NCBI GenBank assembly: GCA_964567595.1
Contig: CAZMNF010000001.1
Location: 48,531-112,530 of the forward strand
DNA length: 64,000 nt
Source of the DNA: an uncultured Thermotogae bacterium
Lineage (GTDB): Bacteria > Bipolaricaulota > Bipolaricaulia > RBG-16-55-9
Direction: 5' to 3'
In this document: one piece after another, positions 1 through 8,973 of the stretch
Numbering within the stretch: the stretch's first letter is position 1
Layout: each line of letters begins with the position of its first letter
The notes under the pieces: model-generated
Seen by the model: only the letters and a program-made list of their open reading frames with translations
Told to the model about the DNA's origin: nothing
The model's database searches: none
Position numbers and translations under genes: made by a program

Positions 1-489
1 GCCGGTGATCTCGTCCATGGTGGTCATTCGGGGCTCGGAGTAGGGCACGCCGAGGACGATCATGCCGTGGTGCAACAGCGTCGTGTGGACGCTCGTGATC
101 GTCGTCTCCTGGCCGCCGTGCTGGGAGCCCGTCGACGTAAACACGCTCGCCACCTTCCCGATGAGCTCGCCACCGAACCACTGCGAGCCCGTCTGATCGA
201 AAAAGTTGCGCATCTGAGCCGCCATGTTGCCGAAGCGGGTGGGCGTTCCGAAGATGAGCGCGTCGGCCTCGCTCAGTTGCGACGGCTCGATGGTCGGGAT
301 GTCACTGAATGCCTCGCGGGCCTCCTTGGCGCCGGACTGTTCGAGCGCATCGTCGGGGACCAGCTCGGGGACTTGGAAAAGCGCGACCTCGGCGCCCTCG
401 ACGCGACGGGCGCCCTCGGCGATCGCTTCGGCCATCCGGTAGATGTGGCCGTACATGCTGTAGAACACGACGTGGACGTTGACGGACAT
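1..489 (-). CDS. wrbA: NAD(P)H:quinone oxidoreductase, WrbA/flavodoxin-like (C-terminus runs off the window)
   Basis: Own translation of the minus strand from ATG at 489: [27 protein letters not shown]...[23 protein letters not shown]...[16 protein letters not shown]. This is collinear with the WrbA signature blocks. It is absent from the ORF track because there is no stop inside the window. Confidence 0.85.
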   Translation of the reverse strand, partial: MSVNVHVVFYSMYGHIYRMAEAIAEGARRVEGAEVALFQVPELVPDDALEQSGAKEAREAFSDIPTIEPSQLSEADALIFGTPTRFGNMAAQMRNFFDQTGSQWFGGELIGKVASVFTSTGSQHGGQETTITSVHTTLLHHGMIVLGVPYSEPRMTTMDEITG

Positions 490-539
490 GCGACGTCATC
501 CTTTCACGAAAGATTGGCTGACATGGTGGCTTGCAATCG

Positions 540-1397
540 TCAGAATTGTCCAACCACGCAGATCGTCTCGTTCGGCATGCGGACGCGGCCGTCGGCATCA
601 GCGTAGGCACGAGCGAGCTCGCGGAGCCGCTCGCGCACGGCCGCTTGGTGCTCAGGGGGTTCATCCGACATGGCGATCATCGGCGGCGAAACGTCCTCGT
701 GGAACGCGATGAAGTCCGCCACGGAAGCCCACGATAAGTCGATCGTGAGGCGCTCAGTCGTGACCCCGCGGAATCCGGCGTCCATGGCCATGCGCCGGAG
801 CATCTCCGTATCGGCAAGGTGGAAGGGGCCGGGGGCTTCTTCCGGCGGAGCGGGCGGCTGCAGTTCCGCCTGAACGGCCGTCATGACGAGGTTGATAAAC
901 GGGACGCGCTCGGCCGTGCTCCAGACCGAGGCCGCAAAGCGAGCGCCGGGCTTGAGCGCGCGATGGAGCCCCTCCAGAACGGCCTCCGGATTCGGCACCA
1001 GCATCAGGCCCCAGCGGCTCAGCGCGGCGTCGAATTCGTCGTGGAAGGGGAGCGCCTCGGCGTCGCCGCGTTCAAACGTGACGTTCGTGAGGCCCTGTTC
1101 GCGGGCTCGATCGCGTGCGGTCTCCAGCATGCGCGGAGCTTGGTCGATCCCGACGACTCGACCATGGGCCTCGACGACCCGAGCTGCGCTCGTGGCCGGT
1201 TCGCCGATGCCGGTGGCGACGTCCAATACGCAGTCCCCCGGCTTGGCCTCGGCCAAGGCCACGAGCCGGTCGCTGAGCGCTCGGCCGCCCTGTTCGAACG
1301 TCGGCCACCAGCGCGCCCAGCCCTGGGCGACGGCGTTCCATTGATCGACTTGCTCGGCCTTATAGACAACGGGATCAAACGCGTCGGCGCTCATCAT
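540..1397 (-). CDS. class I SAM-dependent methyltransferase
   Basis: 285-aa ORF with SAM motif I 'VLDVATGIGEPA' and a Methyltransf_11-like layout. Confidence 0.8.
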   Translation of the reverse strand: MMSADAFDPVVYKAEQVDQWNAVAQGWARWWPTFEQGGRALSDRLVALAEAKPGDCVLDVATGIGEPATSAARVVEAHGRVVGIDQAPRMLETARDRAREQGLTNVTFERGDAEALPFHDEFDAALSRWGLMLVPNPEAVLEGLHRALKPGARFAASVWSTAERVPFINLVMTAVQAELQPPAPPEEAPGPFHLADTEMLRRMAMDAGFRGVTTERLTIDLSWASVADFIAFHEDVSPPMIAMSDEPPEHQAAVRERLRELARAYADADGRVRMPNETICVVGQF

Positions 1398-1403
1398 ATC
1401 CGT

Positions 1404-2147
1404 CTATCGGGCTTGGGCCGAGATCGCCCGGTCGAACTGTTCCATCGAGGGAACGCCGGTGAACATCTGGCCGGCGACGGTGATCGTCGGCGTTCCACGT
1501 GCGCCCTGAGCACGGATTTCTTGGGTTGATTCCTGAATCTTGTCCGCATAGCGGTCGGAATCGACGCAGACGCGGAATGCCTCAATGTCATTGACGCCGA
1601 CCTCTCGCGCGTAGCCCGTCAGCTTCTCCAGCGTGAAGCTCTCATCGTTATAGCCGCCCTGATTGCGGAACAGCGTCGTTTTGAACTGGGAAAATAGCTG
1701 GGTGCCGTTGGCCTGATCCTGCTCGTGGACGCACTCGGCGGCCTGGGCTGCGCGCTCCGAGTCCGGTCCGTAGTGGACGAAGTGGCGGAAGACGAACCGA
1801 GCTTCGCCGGTCTCGACGAAGCGATCTTCCAGTTGGGGGGCAATCTGCGTCTCGAAGTGCCCACAGGCCGTGCAATGGAAGTCCTCGTAGACAGTGATGT
1901 CGACAGGTGCTGTGGCCGAACCGTGGGCGGGCGGCGCGCTTATGTACGAGTACGGGTTGGTGCCCGACACGGATGACCCGCCGTCGTTCAGAACCCCCCA
2001 GCCGATCCAGCCGACAACCAGCAAGACCAACAATCCCCCGCCGCCGAGCGCGGCCCACTTGGGCCAGCCTCGGCCGGCTCGGCCCGCTCGACGGCCACGC
2101 GACGTCTTCTGGTTCCGCTCCCGTTTGGCGCGTTCCTTCTTGCCCAT
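1404..2147 (-). CDS. membrane-anchored DsbA-family thiol:disulfide oxidoreductase
   Basis: Basic N-terminus followed by a TM helix (LLVLLVVGWIGWGVL), and a thioredoxin-fold CxxC motif 'FHCTACGHF'. Confidence 0.8.
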   Translation of the reverse strand: MGKKERAKRERNQKTSRGRRAGRAGRGWPKWAALGGGGLLVLLVVGWIGWGVLNDGGSSVSGTNPYSYISAPPAHGSATAPVDITVYEDFHCTACGHFETQIAPQLEDRFVETGEARFVFRHFVHYGPDSERAAQAAECVHEQDQANGTQLFSQFKTTLFRNQGGYNDESFTLEKLTGYAREVGVNDIEAFRVCVDSDRYADKIQESTQEIRAQGARGTPTITVAGQMFTGVPSMEQFDRAISAQAR

Positions 2148-2163
2148 GGGACACTCCTTTTGC

Positions 2164-3084
2164 TCAGTCTCGCTCGGACATCGCCATGTCGATCGACTCG
2201 TCGGGTCGCACGGCGATCTGGGCCGTGTCGGGATCGCCCTGCCATTGGCGCCACTGGACCATCATCGTCGGAACCCGCTCCAGCGTTTCGCCCTCGAGTG
2301 GGCCGCCGACGGCCTGGCCCGTCCCCTCGTCCCACCAGCTGCGCGTCTCGCGGTCCTCCAGAATGGCGTCGATGTCGTGGATGCCGACGACGTCGAAGCT
2401 CAGCGTCCGATGGGACGCGGTCGGCCGATAGGCCATGGGGCTCTTGCAGCTGAAGCACCAGGTCACGAGCACGGGCTCGCCGCCCACGCGATCGTTGATC
2501 GCCAAGTGTCGCTCCAACAGGTCGAGCGGATAGATCACTTCTACCCCGTCGTGTTCGAGCGAAACGACCCAGTCGTCCGGCGCGACGTTGGCGTCCGCGA
2601 CGGGCTGGCGCGCCGGATCGTGCAGCGCCGCATACGAGTGGGTCATACCGAGCGGGCCGACGGCAAAGACGGTCACGACGGCCAGGATGGCGCCCATTAG
2701 GGGGACGATCATCGCCATCGGGAGGCGTTGAGCCCCCGTCCGCCACGCCCATCCGAACGCGCCGAGGAGCGTCGACGCGCTCAGCAGCAGCCAGAGCGGT
2801 CTGTATGTTTGAGCGAGCGCGTTCAGGCTCGGATCGAGGACGTCAAGTCGGAGGAGCAGCTCGCTGTCGAGGGCGTACGCCGCGGCGCCGCCCCAACCGA
2901 GCAGCGCCAAGGCCGTCAAGCCGATCCAGCGAGTTGGCGAGGTCACATTGTTCAGCATGTCATGCCCGTCGAAATCTCGCTCGTGCGTCGGAAGCATCCG
3001 GTGACGTGGGGTCCGTCCGTCATTGACATTTTTCTCCATGGGAATGTGACCCGAGAGGCCAGTATGCGTTATCGTGAGTCTCAC
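2164..3084 (-). CDS. polytopic membrane protein with C-terminal DUF3179 domain (start uncertain, 2958-3084)
   Basis: Three predicted TM helices followed by 'INDRVGGEPVLVTWCFSCKSPMAYRP...DRETRSWWDEGTGQAVGGPLEG', which fits the DUF3179 pattern (vtyCPLC...D.eT.S.W). The first codon of the ORF is GTG. Confidence 0.7.
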   Translation of the reverse strand: MRLTITHTGLSGHIPMEKNVNDGRTPRHRMLPTHERDFDGHDMLNNVTSPTRWIGLTALALLGWGGAAAYALDSELLLRLDVLDPSLNALAQTYRPLWLLLSASTLLGAFGWAWRTGAQRLPMAMIVPLMGAILAVVTVFAVGPLGMTHSYAALHDPARQPVADANVAPDDWVVSLEHDGVEVIYPLDLLERHLAINDRVGGEPVLVTWCFSCKSPMAYRPTASHRTLSFDVVGIHDIDAILEDRETRSWWDEGTGQAVGGPLEGETLERVPTMMVQWRQWQGDPDTAQIAVRPDESIDMAMSERD

Positions 3085-3087
3085 GGC

Positions 3088-3103
3088 TGTAAGCCCGCTT
3101 ACA
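3088..3103. promoter_or_regulatory. 16-bp palindromic operator-like site TGTAAGC-CC-GCTTACA (copy 1)
   Basis: 7-bp perfect inverted arms. Lies in the divergent intergenic region between the DUF3179 gene and the acs-like gene. Confidence 0.45.
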
Positions 3104-3132
3104 ACAGGTCAAGCATGAGGGCAAGAGAGGGG

Positions 3133-3167
3133 GCGAGGGGACGGCTCGGGGTGGACCGTCCCCTCGC
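3133..3167. other. perfect 12-bp GC-rich stem-loop (GCGAGGGGACGG / 11-nt loop / CCGTCCCCTCGC)
   Basis: Read directly from the sequence. Sits between the two palindromic sites, with no clear U-tract on either strand. Confidence 0.5.
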
Positions 3168-3231
3168 GTTGTGGGGGCTTCAGGCACGGGGTTGAACCGC
3201 TCGAGCATAGGGCTCGCGGGGCGATCTCAGC

Positions 3232-3247
3232 TGTAAGCCCTCTTACA
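3232..3247. promoter_or_regulatory. 16-bp palindromic operator-like site TGTAAG-CCCT-CTTACA (copy 2)
   Basis: Matches copy 1 at 15 of 16 positions (20 of 21 with flanks, GCTGTAAGCCCnCTTACAA). Centre-to-centre distance is 144 bp. Confidence 0.45.
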
Positions 3248-3379
3248 AACCAAATCGTGTCAGCCCTGCCTCGCGCTTCCGGCCGCACGGAGACCTCACA
3301 TTCCGGGGATGTTGCCAACCCAGGACAGCGTTTGATACAAGGTCCCTAACAGTTCAGTCGCGAAAGCGAGGTCGGTGCG

Positions 3380-5317
3380 ATGGCGGATGAGATCGTCTGG
3401 CGACCCTCCCAGGGGTTGGCAGCTCAAAGCAACGTCAAGCGCTTCATGGACGCCCACGGCATTGCCGACTACGACGAGTTGATCCGTCGCTCGACCGACG
3501 ACGTCGAATGGTTCTGGGACGCCGTCGTTCGCGATTTGGGGATTCCGTTTTTGGCTCCCTACGATCGCGTCCTCGACACCTCCAAGGGGAAGCCATGGGC
3601 CGAATGGTTCATCGGCGGCCGGATCAACGTTGCCCACGCCTGCATCGATCAGCACGCCGAGAGCGACCGTCGGGATCAGACCGCGCTCATCTGGGAAGGC
3701 GAGGACGAGTCAATCGTCCACTGGAGCTATCGCCAATTGGCCGACGAGACCAATCGCCTCGCGAACGGCCTGGCGGAGTTGGGCATCGGCCATGGCGACA
3801 CGGTCGGGCTGTTCATGCCGATGCTGCCGGAGGCCGTCGCCGCGTTCATGGCCATCTCGAAAGTTGGCGCTATCCTCGTGCCGATCTTCTCCGGCTTCGG
3901 CGCGGAAGCCGTGGCCGTCCGGCTCCAGGATGCCGGCGCCAAAGCGCTCATCACGGCCGACGGTTTCTATCGCAAGGGCAAGACGGTTCCCATGAAACAG
4001 GTCGCTGATCAAGCCGTCCGCCAGTCGCCGGGTGTCGAACACGTCGTCATCCATCAACGAGCCGGTCAAGACGTCTCCTGGACCGAGGGACGCGATCGCT
4101 GGTGGCACGAGTTGGTCGAGGGTCAGCCGACCGAACGTTCTCCCGAGAAGACGGACGCGGAAGATCCCTTCATGATCATCTACACCTCGGGCACGACGGG
4201 CAAGCCGAAGGGCGCCGTCCACGTGCACGGCGGCTTCACCGTCAAGATCGCCGAGGAGGTCGCCTACCAGACCGACCTCCAGGACGGCGATGTGCTCTAT
4301 TGGGTTTCCGACATGGGCTGGATCATGGGCCCGTGGGAGGTCGTCGGCGGCCTCGCGCTCGGCGGCACGGTTTTCGTCTACGAAGGCGCTCCGGATTATC
4401 CGCACCCCGATCGCCTCTGGGCCATGATCGCGCGACACCGGGTGACGCAGCTCGGGTTGTCACCGACGCTCATCCGCTCGCTCATGAAGCACGGCACGGC
4501 GCCTTTGGAAAAGCACGATCTCAGCTCCCTGCGCATTATCGGCTCGACGGGCGAGCCATGGAACCCGGAGCCCTACAAGTGGTGCCTGGAGCACGTCGGC
4601 GGCGGTCGCTGCCCGATCATCAACCTCTCGGGCGGCACGGAGATCGGGGCCTGCTTCCTCTCCCCCCACCCGATCAACGAGCTCAAGCCGTGCACGCTGC
4701 GTGGCCCCTCGCTCGGCATGGACCTTGACGTTTACGATCCGTCGGGACAGTCAGTTCGCGGAAGCGTCGGCGAATTAGTGTGTAAACAGCCCTGGCCGAG
4801 CATGACGCGCGGGCTCTGGAAAGATCCCGATCGCTATCTTGAGACCTACTGGTCCGGGTTTGAAGACGTCTGGACGCACGGCGACTGGGCCTACGTCGAC
4901 GAGGACGGGTTCTGGTACCTCCAGGGCCGCAGCGACGACACGATCAAGGTCGCCGGAAAACGCCTGGGGCCGGCTGAGGTGGAGTCGGCGCTCGTGGAAC
5001 ACCCGGCCGTGGCCGAGTCAGCGGCCGTCGGCATCCCCGATGACGTCAAGGGCCAAGCCATCTGGGGCGTTGTCACCCTCCGGCCTGGCCACGAACCGAG
5101 CGACGCCCTGGAGCAGGAGTTGAAGGAACGGGCAGCGAATCAGCTCGGCAAGTCGTTCACGCCGGCACGGATCGTCGTCGTGTCGCAACTGCCGAAGACG
5201 CGCAACGCCAAGATCCTCCGGCGGGCCGTGCGAGCCGTGGCGATCGGTGAAGACTTGGGCGATCTCTCCAGCTTGGAAAATCCCGAGTCGCTCGACGAGA
5301 TCCGCCAGGCGATCTGA
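3380..5317 (+). CDS. AMP-forming acetyl/acyl-CoA synthetase family ligase
   Basis: 645 aa. Contains the Acs-type N-terminus (FW..., WF.GG.iN), the AMP-binding motif 'YTSGTTGKPKG', and a C-terminal 'KTRNAKILRR'. Confidence 0.85.
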   Translation: MADEIVWRPSQGLAAQSNVKRFMDAHGIADYDELIRRSTDDVEWFWDAVVRDLGIPFLAPYDRVLDTSKGKPWAEWFIGGRINVAHACIDQHAESDRRDQTALIWEGEDESIVHWSYRQLADETNRLANGLAELGIGHGDTVGLFMPMLPEAVAAFMAISKVGAILVPIFSGFGAEAVAVRLQDAGAKALITADGFYRKGKTVPMKQVADQAVRQSPGVEHVVIHQRAGQDVSWTEGRDRWWHELVEGQPTERSPEKTDAEDPFMIIYTSGTTGKPKGAVHVHGGFTVKIAEEVAYQTDLQDGDVLYWVSDMGWIMGPWEVVGGLALGGTVFVYEGAPDYPHPDRLWAMIARHRVTQLGLSPTLIRSLMKHGTAPLEKHDLSSLRIIGSTGEPWNPEPYKWCLEHVGGGRCPIINLSGGTEIGACFLSPHPINELKPCTLRGPSLGMDLDVYDPSGQSVRGSVGELVCKQPWPSMTRGLWKDPDRYLETYWSGFEDVWTHGDWAYVDEDGFWYLQGRSDDTIKVAGKRLGPAEVESALVEHPAVAESAAVGIPDDVKGQAIWGVVTLRPGHEPSDALEQELKERAANQLGKSFTPARIVVVSQLPKTRNAKILRRAVRAVAIGEDLGDLSSLENPESLDEIRQAI

Positions 5318-5326
5318 CGGAGCCGC

Positions 5327-6118
5327 ATGCACGTCCTGAATCCGGCCGTCGACGTGGATCGCTTTTTCCACAGCCTGGCAACGGCCGACGAGCGCGCCCT
5401 GTTTCTCGACTTCGACGGCACGCTCGCGCCGTTTCAAGACGATCGTCACCAAGTCGCCCCCTACGACGGCGTCCGCGAGCGCCTGGATGCCATGCTGGCC
5501 CGAGGGCACACCCGCGTCGTCGTCGTCACGGGCCGAGTGGCCCAAGAGATGCCGGAGATGCTCGGGCTTGACGTCGTTCCCGAAATCTGGGGCACCCACG
5601 GCTGGGAGCGACGACGCCCCGACGGGGTCGTCGAGGGGCCGGATCTGGATGCGACCACGGAACAGGCGCTGGCCACCGCGGTTGAGCAGGCCCGATCGCT
5701 CGAGCTCGGCGACCGTCTGGAGCGCAAGCCGGCGACGGTCGCCGTTCATACCCGTGGGCTCTCCGACGAGCAGGCCCGAGCCTTGGTCGATGACGTGAGA
5801 GCACGTTGGCAGTCGCTGGTCGACGATTCTGCGGTCGAACTGCGTGCTTTTGACGGTGGTCTGGAGATGCGCGTGCCGGGCCGGAACAAGGGCACGGCGG
5901 TCACGACCGTCCTCGCCGAAATGGATCAGCCGGTCGTCGCCTACCTCGGAGACGACCTGACCGACGAGGACGCGTTCCGCGCGCTCGACGGCGACGGGTT
6001 GCGCGTGCTGGTCCGTCAAACGTTTCGCGAGACCGGCGCCGACATTTGGATTCGCCCGCCCGACGATCTGTTAGCATGGCTCGATCGCTGGCACGAGGCC
6101 AGCAAGGAGGCCCGCTGA
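5327..6118 (+). CDS. otsB: trehalose-6-phosphate phosphatase
   Basis: HAD motif I 'FLDFDGTLAP', plus 'VVVVTGR' and 'YLGDDLTDEDAF'. Confidence 0.85.
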   Translation: MHVLNPAVDVDRFFHSLATADERALFLDFDGTLAPFQDDRHQVAPYDGVRERLDAMLARGHTRVVVVTGRVAQEMPEMLGLDVVPEIWGTHGWERRRPDGVVEGPDLDATTEQALATAVEQARSLELGDRLERKPATVAVHTRGLSDEQARALVDDVRARWQSLVDDSAVELRAFDGGLEMRVPGRNKGTAVTTVLAEMDQPVVAYLGDDLTDEDAFRALDGDGLRVLVRQTFRETGADIWIRPPDDLLAWLDRWHEASKEAR

Positions 6119-6120
6119 TC

Positions 6121-7287
6121 GTGGATCCGTCGACGTTGACCGTGTACGAGAACCATCTCCTCGAGTGGGGCATTGCGCTCGCCATCGCCGCCGGCGTGTT
6201 CGTCGGCCTGCGCTTGCTCATCCGCCAAGTCATTCGGCGACTCAGCGCCCTGGCCAGCCGAAGCGAGACCGAGATCGACGATCTCGTTGTCAAGCTAGTC
6301 GATCGCACGAAGTGGCTCGTGCTCTTGGCCGTGGCGATCTACACCGGGGCTCTCGCGCTGACGTTGCCCGGCGACGTCGACTCACTCATCTCCTCGCTAG
6401 TCGTCATCGCGTTGTTGGTCCAGCTCGCCTTCTGGGCCGGCGAGTTCCTCACGTTCTGGATCAACGATCGGATTCAGGAGCACGTCGACGACGACGCCGC
6501 GACCGCGACGACGCTGTCCGCCCTCCATTTTGTGGGCAAATTGGTCATCTGGACGGTCGTGTTCCTCTTGGCCCTCGCCAACCTCGGCATCGACATCAGC
6601 GCCCTGATTGCCGGATTGGGCGTCGGCGGCATCGCTGTCGCCCTGGCGCTTCAGGGCTTACTGACGGACCTGTTTGCCTCGCTGTCGATCGTCATGGACA
6701 AGCCGTTCGTCATCGGCGACTTCGTCATCGTCGGCGAGTACATGGGCAACATCGAGCATATCGGGCTCAAGACGACCCGCGTACGGAGCCTCTCGGGCGA
6801 GCAGCTGATCTTTTCCAACAACGACATGCTCAACAGCCGCATTCGCAACTACAAACGCATGGAAGAGCGCCGCATCCTGTTCACCGTCGGCGTCACCTAC
6901 GATACGCCCTCGGAGAAACTGGAGCGCATCCCGACGATGATCCGCGAGATCGTCGAGTCCCAAGAACTGACTCGCTTCGATCGCTCCCATTTCAAGGCAT
7001 TCGGAGACTTTGCCCTGCTTTTCGAGACGGTCTACTACGTGCTCAGCGCCGATTACTACGCCTACATGGACATCCAGCACGCGATCAATTTGGGGATCTA
7101 TCGTCGCTTTGAAGACGAAGCCATCGAATTTGCCTTTCCGACCCAAACGCTGTACCTGCGCCACGAGAGCTCGCCCGCAGAGGCCCCCGCCCCACCTGAC
7201 GCCGATGTATCGGACGCACCACACCAACCAGCCGATCGACCGAATCGAGCAGGCGCCCCACCTGACGCCGATGAATCGGACGCCTGA
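6121..7287 (+). CDS. small-conductance mechanosensitive channel (MscS family)
   Basis: TM helices followed by the MscS core 'SIVMDKPFVIGDFVIVGEYMGNIEHIGLKTTRVRSLSGEQLIFSNNDM'. Start taken at GTG 6121 with a GGAGG 10 nt upstream. An in-frame ATG at 6076 is an alternative. Confidence 0.8.
   Translation: MDPSTLTVYENHLLEWGIALAIAAGVFVGLRLLIRQVIRRLSALASRSETEIDDLVVKLVDRTKWLVLLAVAIYTGALALTLPGDVDSLISSLVVIALLVQLAFWAGEFLTFWINDRIQEHVDDDAATATTLSALHFVGKLVIWTVVFLLALANLGIDISALIAGLGVGGIAVALALQGLLTDLFASLSIVMDKPFVIGDFVIVGEYMGNIEHIGLKTTRVRSLSGEQLIFSNNDMLNSRIRNYKRMEERRILFTVGVTYDTPSEKLERIPTMIREIVESQELTRFDRSHFKAFGDFALLFETVYYVLSADYYAYMDIQHAINLGIYRRFEDEAIEFAFPTQTLYLRHESSPAEAPAPPDADVSDAPHQPADRPNRAGAPPDADESDA
7189..7283 (+). 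repeat. in-frame 29-nt direct repeat (28/29 identical, offset 66 nt) in the MscS C-terminal tail
   Basis: GCCCCACCTGACGCCGATG(T/A)ATCGGACGC occurs at 7189-7217 and 7255-7283. It encodes APPDADVSDA and APPDADESDA. Confidence 0.9.
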
Positions 7288-7308
7288 GTTGATACCATAG
7301 TCGTACCG

Positions 7309-8784
7309 ATGGCCACGCAAACCGACGACCAGCGGCTTGTTGTTGTGTCCAACCGACTCCCGTTTGCGTTCCGACGGGAGAACGGGCAGTGGACGGCTGA
7401 GCCCGGCGCTGGGGGGCTCGTGACCGCCATGGTGCCCGTGTTGGAGAAGCGGGGCGGCATTTGGATCGGCTGGCCTGGCACGACCGAGGCCGAAGCCGAA
7501 GAGCTCAAGGACGAGATCCCCGAAGCGACGCGGGACGCCAACTACGCTGTCGTCCCCGTGCCGCTGACGGAGAACGAAAAGAAGGGTTACTACGAAGGCT
7601 TTGCCAACTCCGTCCTCTGGCCGCTCTTCCACGATTTGCAGACGCGCTGCGTCTTCGAGCCGAGCTACTGGCAGACGTACCAACGGGTCAACCGCAAGTT
7701 TGCCGAGGCCGTCGCCGAGCACGTGGAGCCGGGCGACTTCATCTGGGTGCACGACTACCAACTAATGTGCTTAGGACGCGAGCTGCGCGATCTCGGCGTC
7801 GATAACCAGGTTGGGTTCTTTCTCCATACGCCCTTCGCCGCCGCCGAGATCTATCACAAGCTGCCCTGGCGGCGCGAGCTGCTCGAGGCCATGCTGGCCT
7901 ATGACGTGATCGGCTTCCAGACGATCCGCGATCGGCGCAACTTTGAGTCCTGCCTCTATGAGTTACTGGACGAGGTTGCCGTCGAGGAAGGCGACCGCAG
8001 CCGCGTCAAGGCAGCCAAGCCAGCTGACGGCGAGCGTGACGTCAAGTTGGGGGTCTTCCCCATCAGCATCGACGTGCCGCACTTCGAGCAACTGGCCCAG
8101 ACCGCCAGCGTCGAGTCCAAGATGGACGGGTTGCGGCGCGAGCTGCCCAACCGGACGCTGATCCTCGGCGCCGATCGGCTCGACTACACCAAAGGCATCC
8201 CGGAACGCCTGCGGGCGTTCCGCGAGGCGTTGGAGCGCTATCCGGATCTGCAGGGCAACGTCACGCTGATCCAGATCACGGTGCCGAGCCGCGGCGGCAT
8301 CTCGGAGTACCGTGAACTGCGCGCCGAGATCGCCCGACTCGTCAGCGAAATCAACGGGCAATACACGCGGGCGGGGTGGGTCCCGGTCCACTATCTCTTT
8401 CGGCAACTGGATCGCGAGGACCTGATCGCCACGTACCGAGCTTCGGACGTCGCGCTGATTACCTCCCTCAAGGACGGGATGAACCTCATCTCGAAGGAGT
8501 ACTGCACCTCGCGCGTCAACGACGACGGGGCGTTGATCCTGAGCGAGTTCGCCGGGTCCGCATCGCAACTGCTGCACGACTCGATCGCTGTCAACCCGTA
8601 CGATCAAGCGGGCACGGCCGACGCGATCTACAACGCCTGCCACATGAGTTGGGACGAGCAGAATCGCCGGATGACTCGACTCCGGGCCATCATCCGGCGC
8701 CACGACATTCACTGGTGGGTCGAAGCCTTTCTCCGCGCCGCACGCGAGGTCCCCCCCGCCGGACGCTTATCCCAATCGTCATAG
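7309..8784 (+). CDS. otsA: alpha,alpha-trehalose-phosphate synthase
   Basis: 491 aa with 'LVVVSNRLPF', 'GGLVTAM' and a GT20 layout throughout. Confidence 0.9.
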   Translation: MATQTDDQRLVVVSNRLPFAFRRENGQWTAEPGAGGLVTAMVPVLEKRGGIWIGWPGTTEAEAEELKDEIPEATRDANYAVVPVPLTENEKKGYYEGFANSVLWPLFHDLQTRCVFEPSYWQTYQRVNRKFAEAVAEHVEPGDFIWVHDYQLMCLGRELRDLGVDNQVGFFLHTPFAAAEIYHKLPWRRELLEAMLAYDVIGFQTIRDRRNFESCLYELLDEVAVEEGDRSRVKAAKPADGERDVKLGVFPISIDVPHFEQLAQTASVESKMDGLRRELPNRTLILGADRLDYTKGIPERLRAFREALERYPDLQGNVTLIQITVPSRGGISEYRELRAEIARLVSEINGQYTRAGWVPVHYLFRQLDREDLIATYRASDVALITSLKDGMNLISKEYCTSRVNDDGALILSEFAGSASQLLHDSIAVNPYDQAGTADAIYNACHMSWDEQNRRMTRLRAIIRRHDIHWWVEAFLRAAREVPPAGRLSQSS

Positions 8785-8973
8785 GCACCGAGGCCCATTA
8801 CACGAGCGGCAAGATCGACGTGGCCTGGAAGATCTTGTTGAGCGGCGACGCAGCGTGGGTAGAGGCGTTGAATGGAGCGCTAAGCGAACGCCGCGCTATC
8901 TGGAGCTCGGGACGCGCCAAATGACCGCTCCCGCCGACGTTCTCCGCGGTCGGTCGGCGGCCTTTGGCCGCGT

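Noticed and set aside
67-606. 179-aa plus-strand ORF at the left edge of the window.
   Set aside because: The opposite strand encodes a clean WrbA sequence (489 down to 1). The plus-strand product is Arg/Ala/Leu-rich junk.
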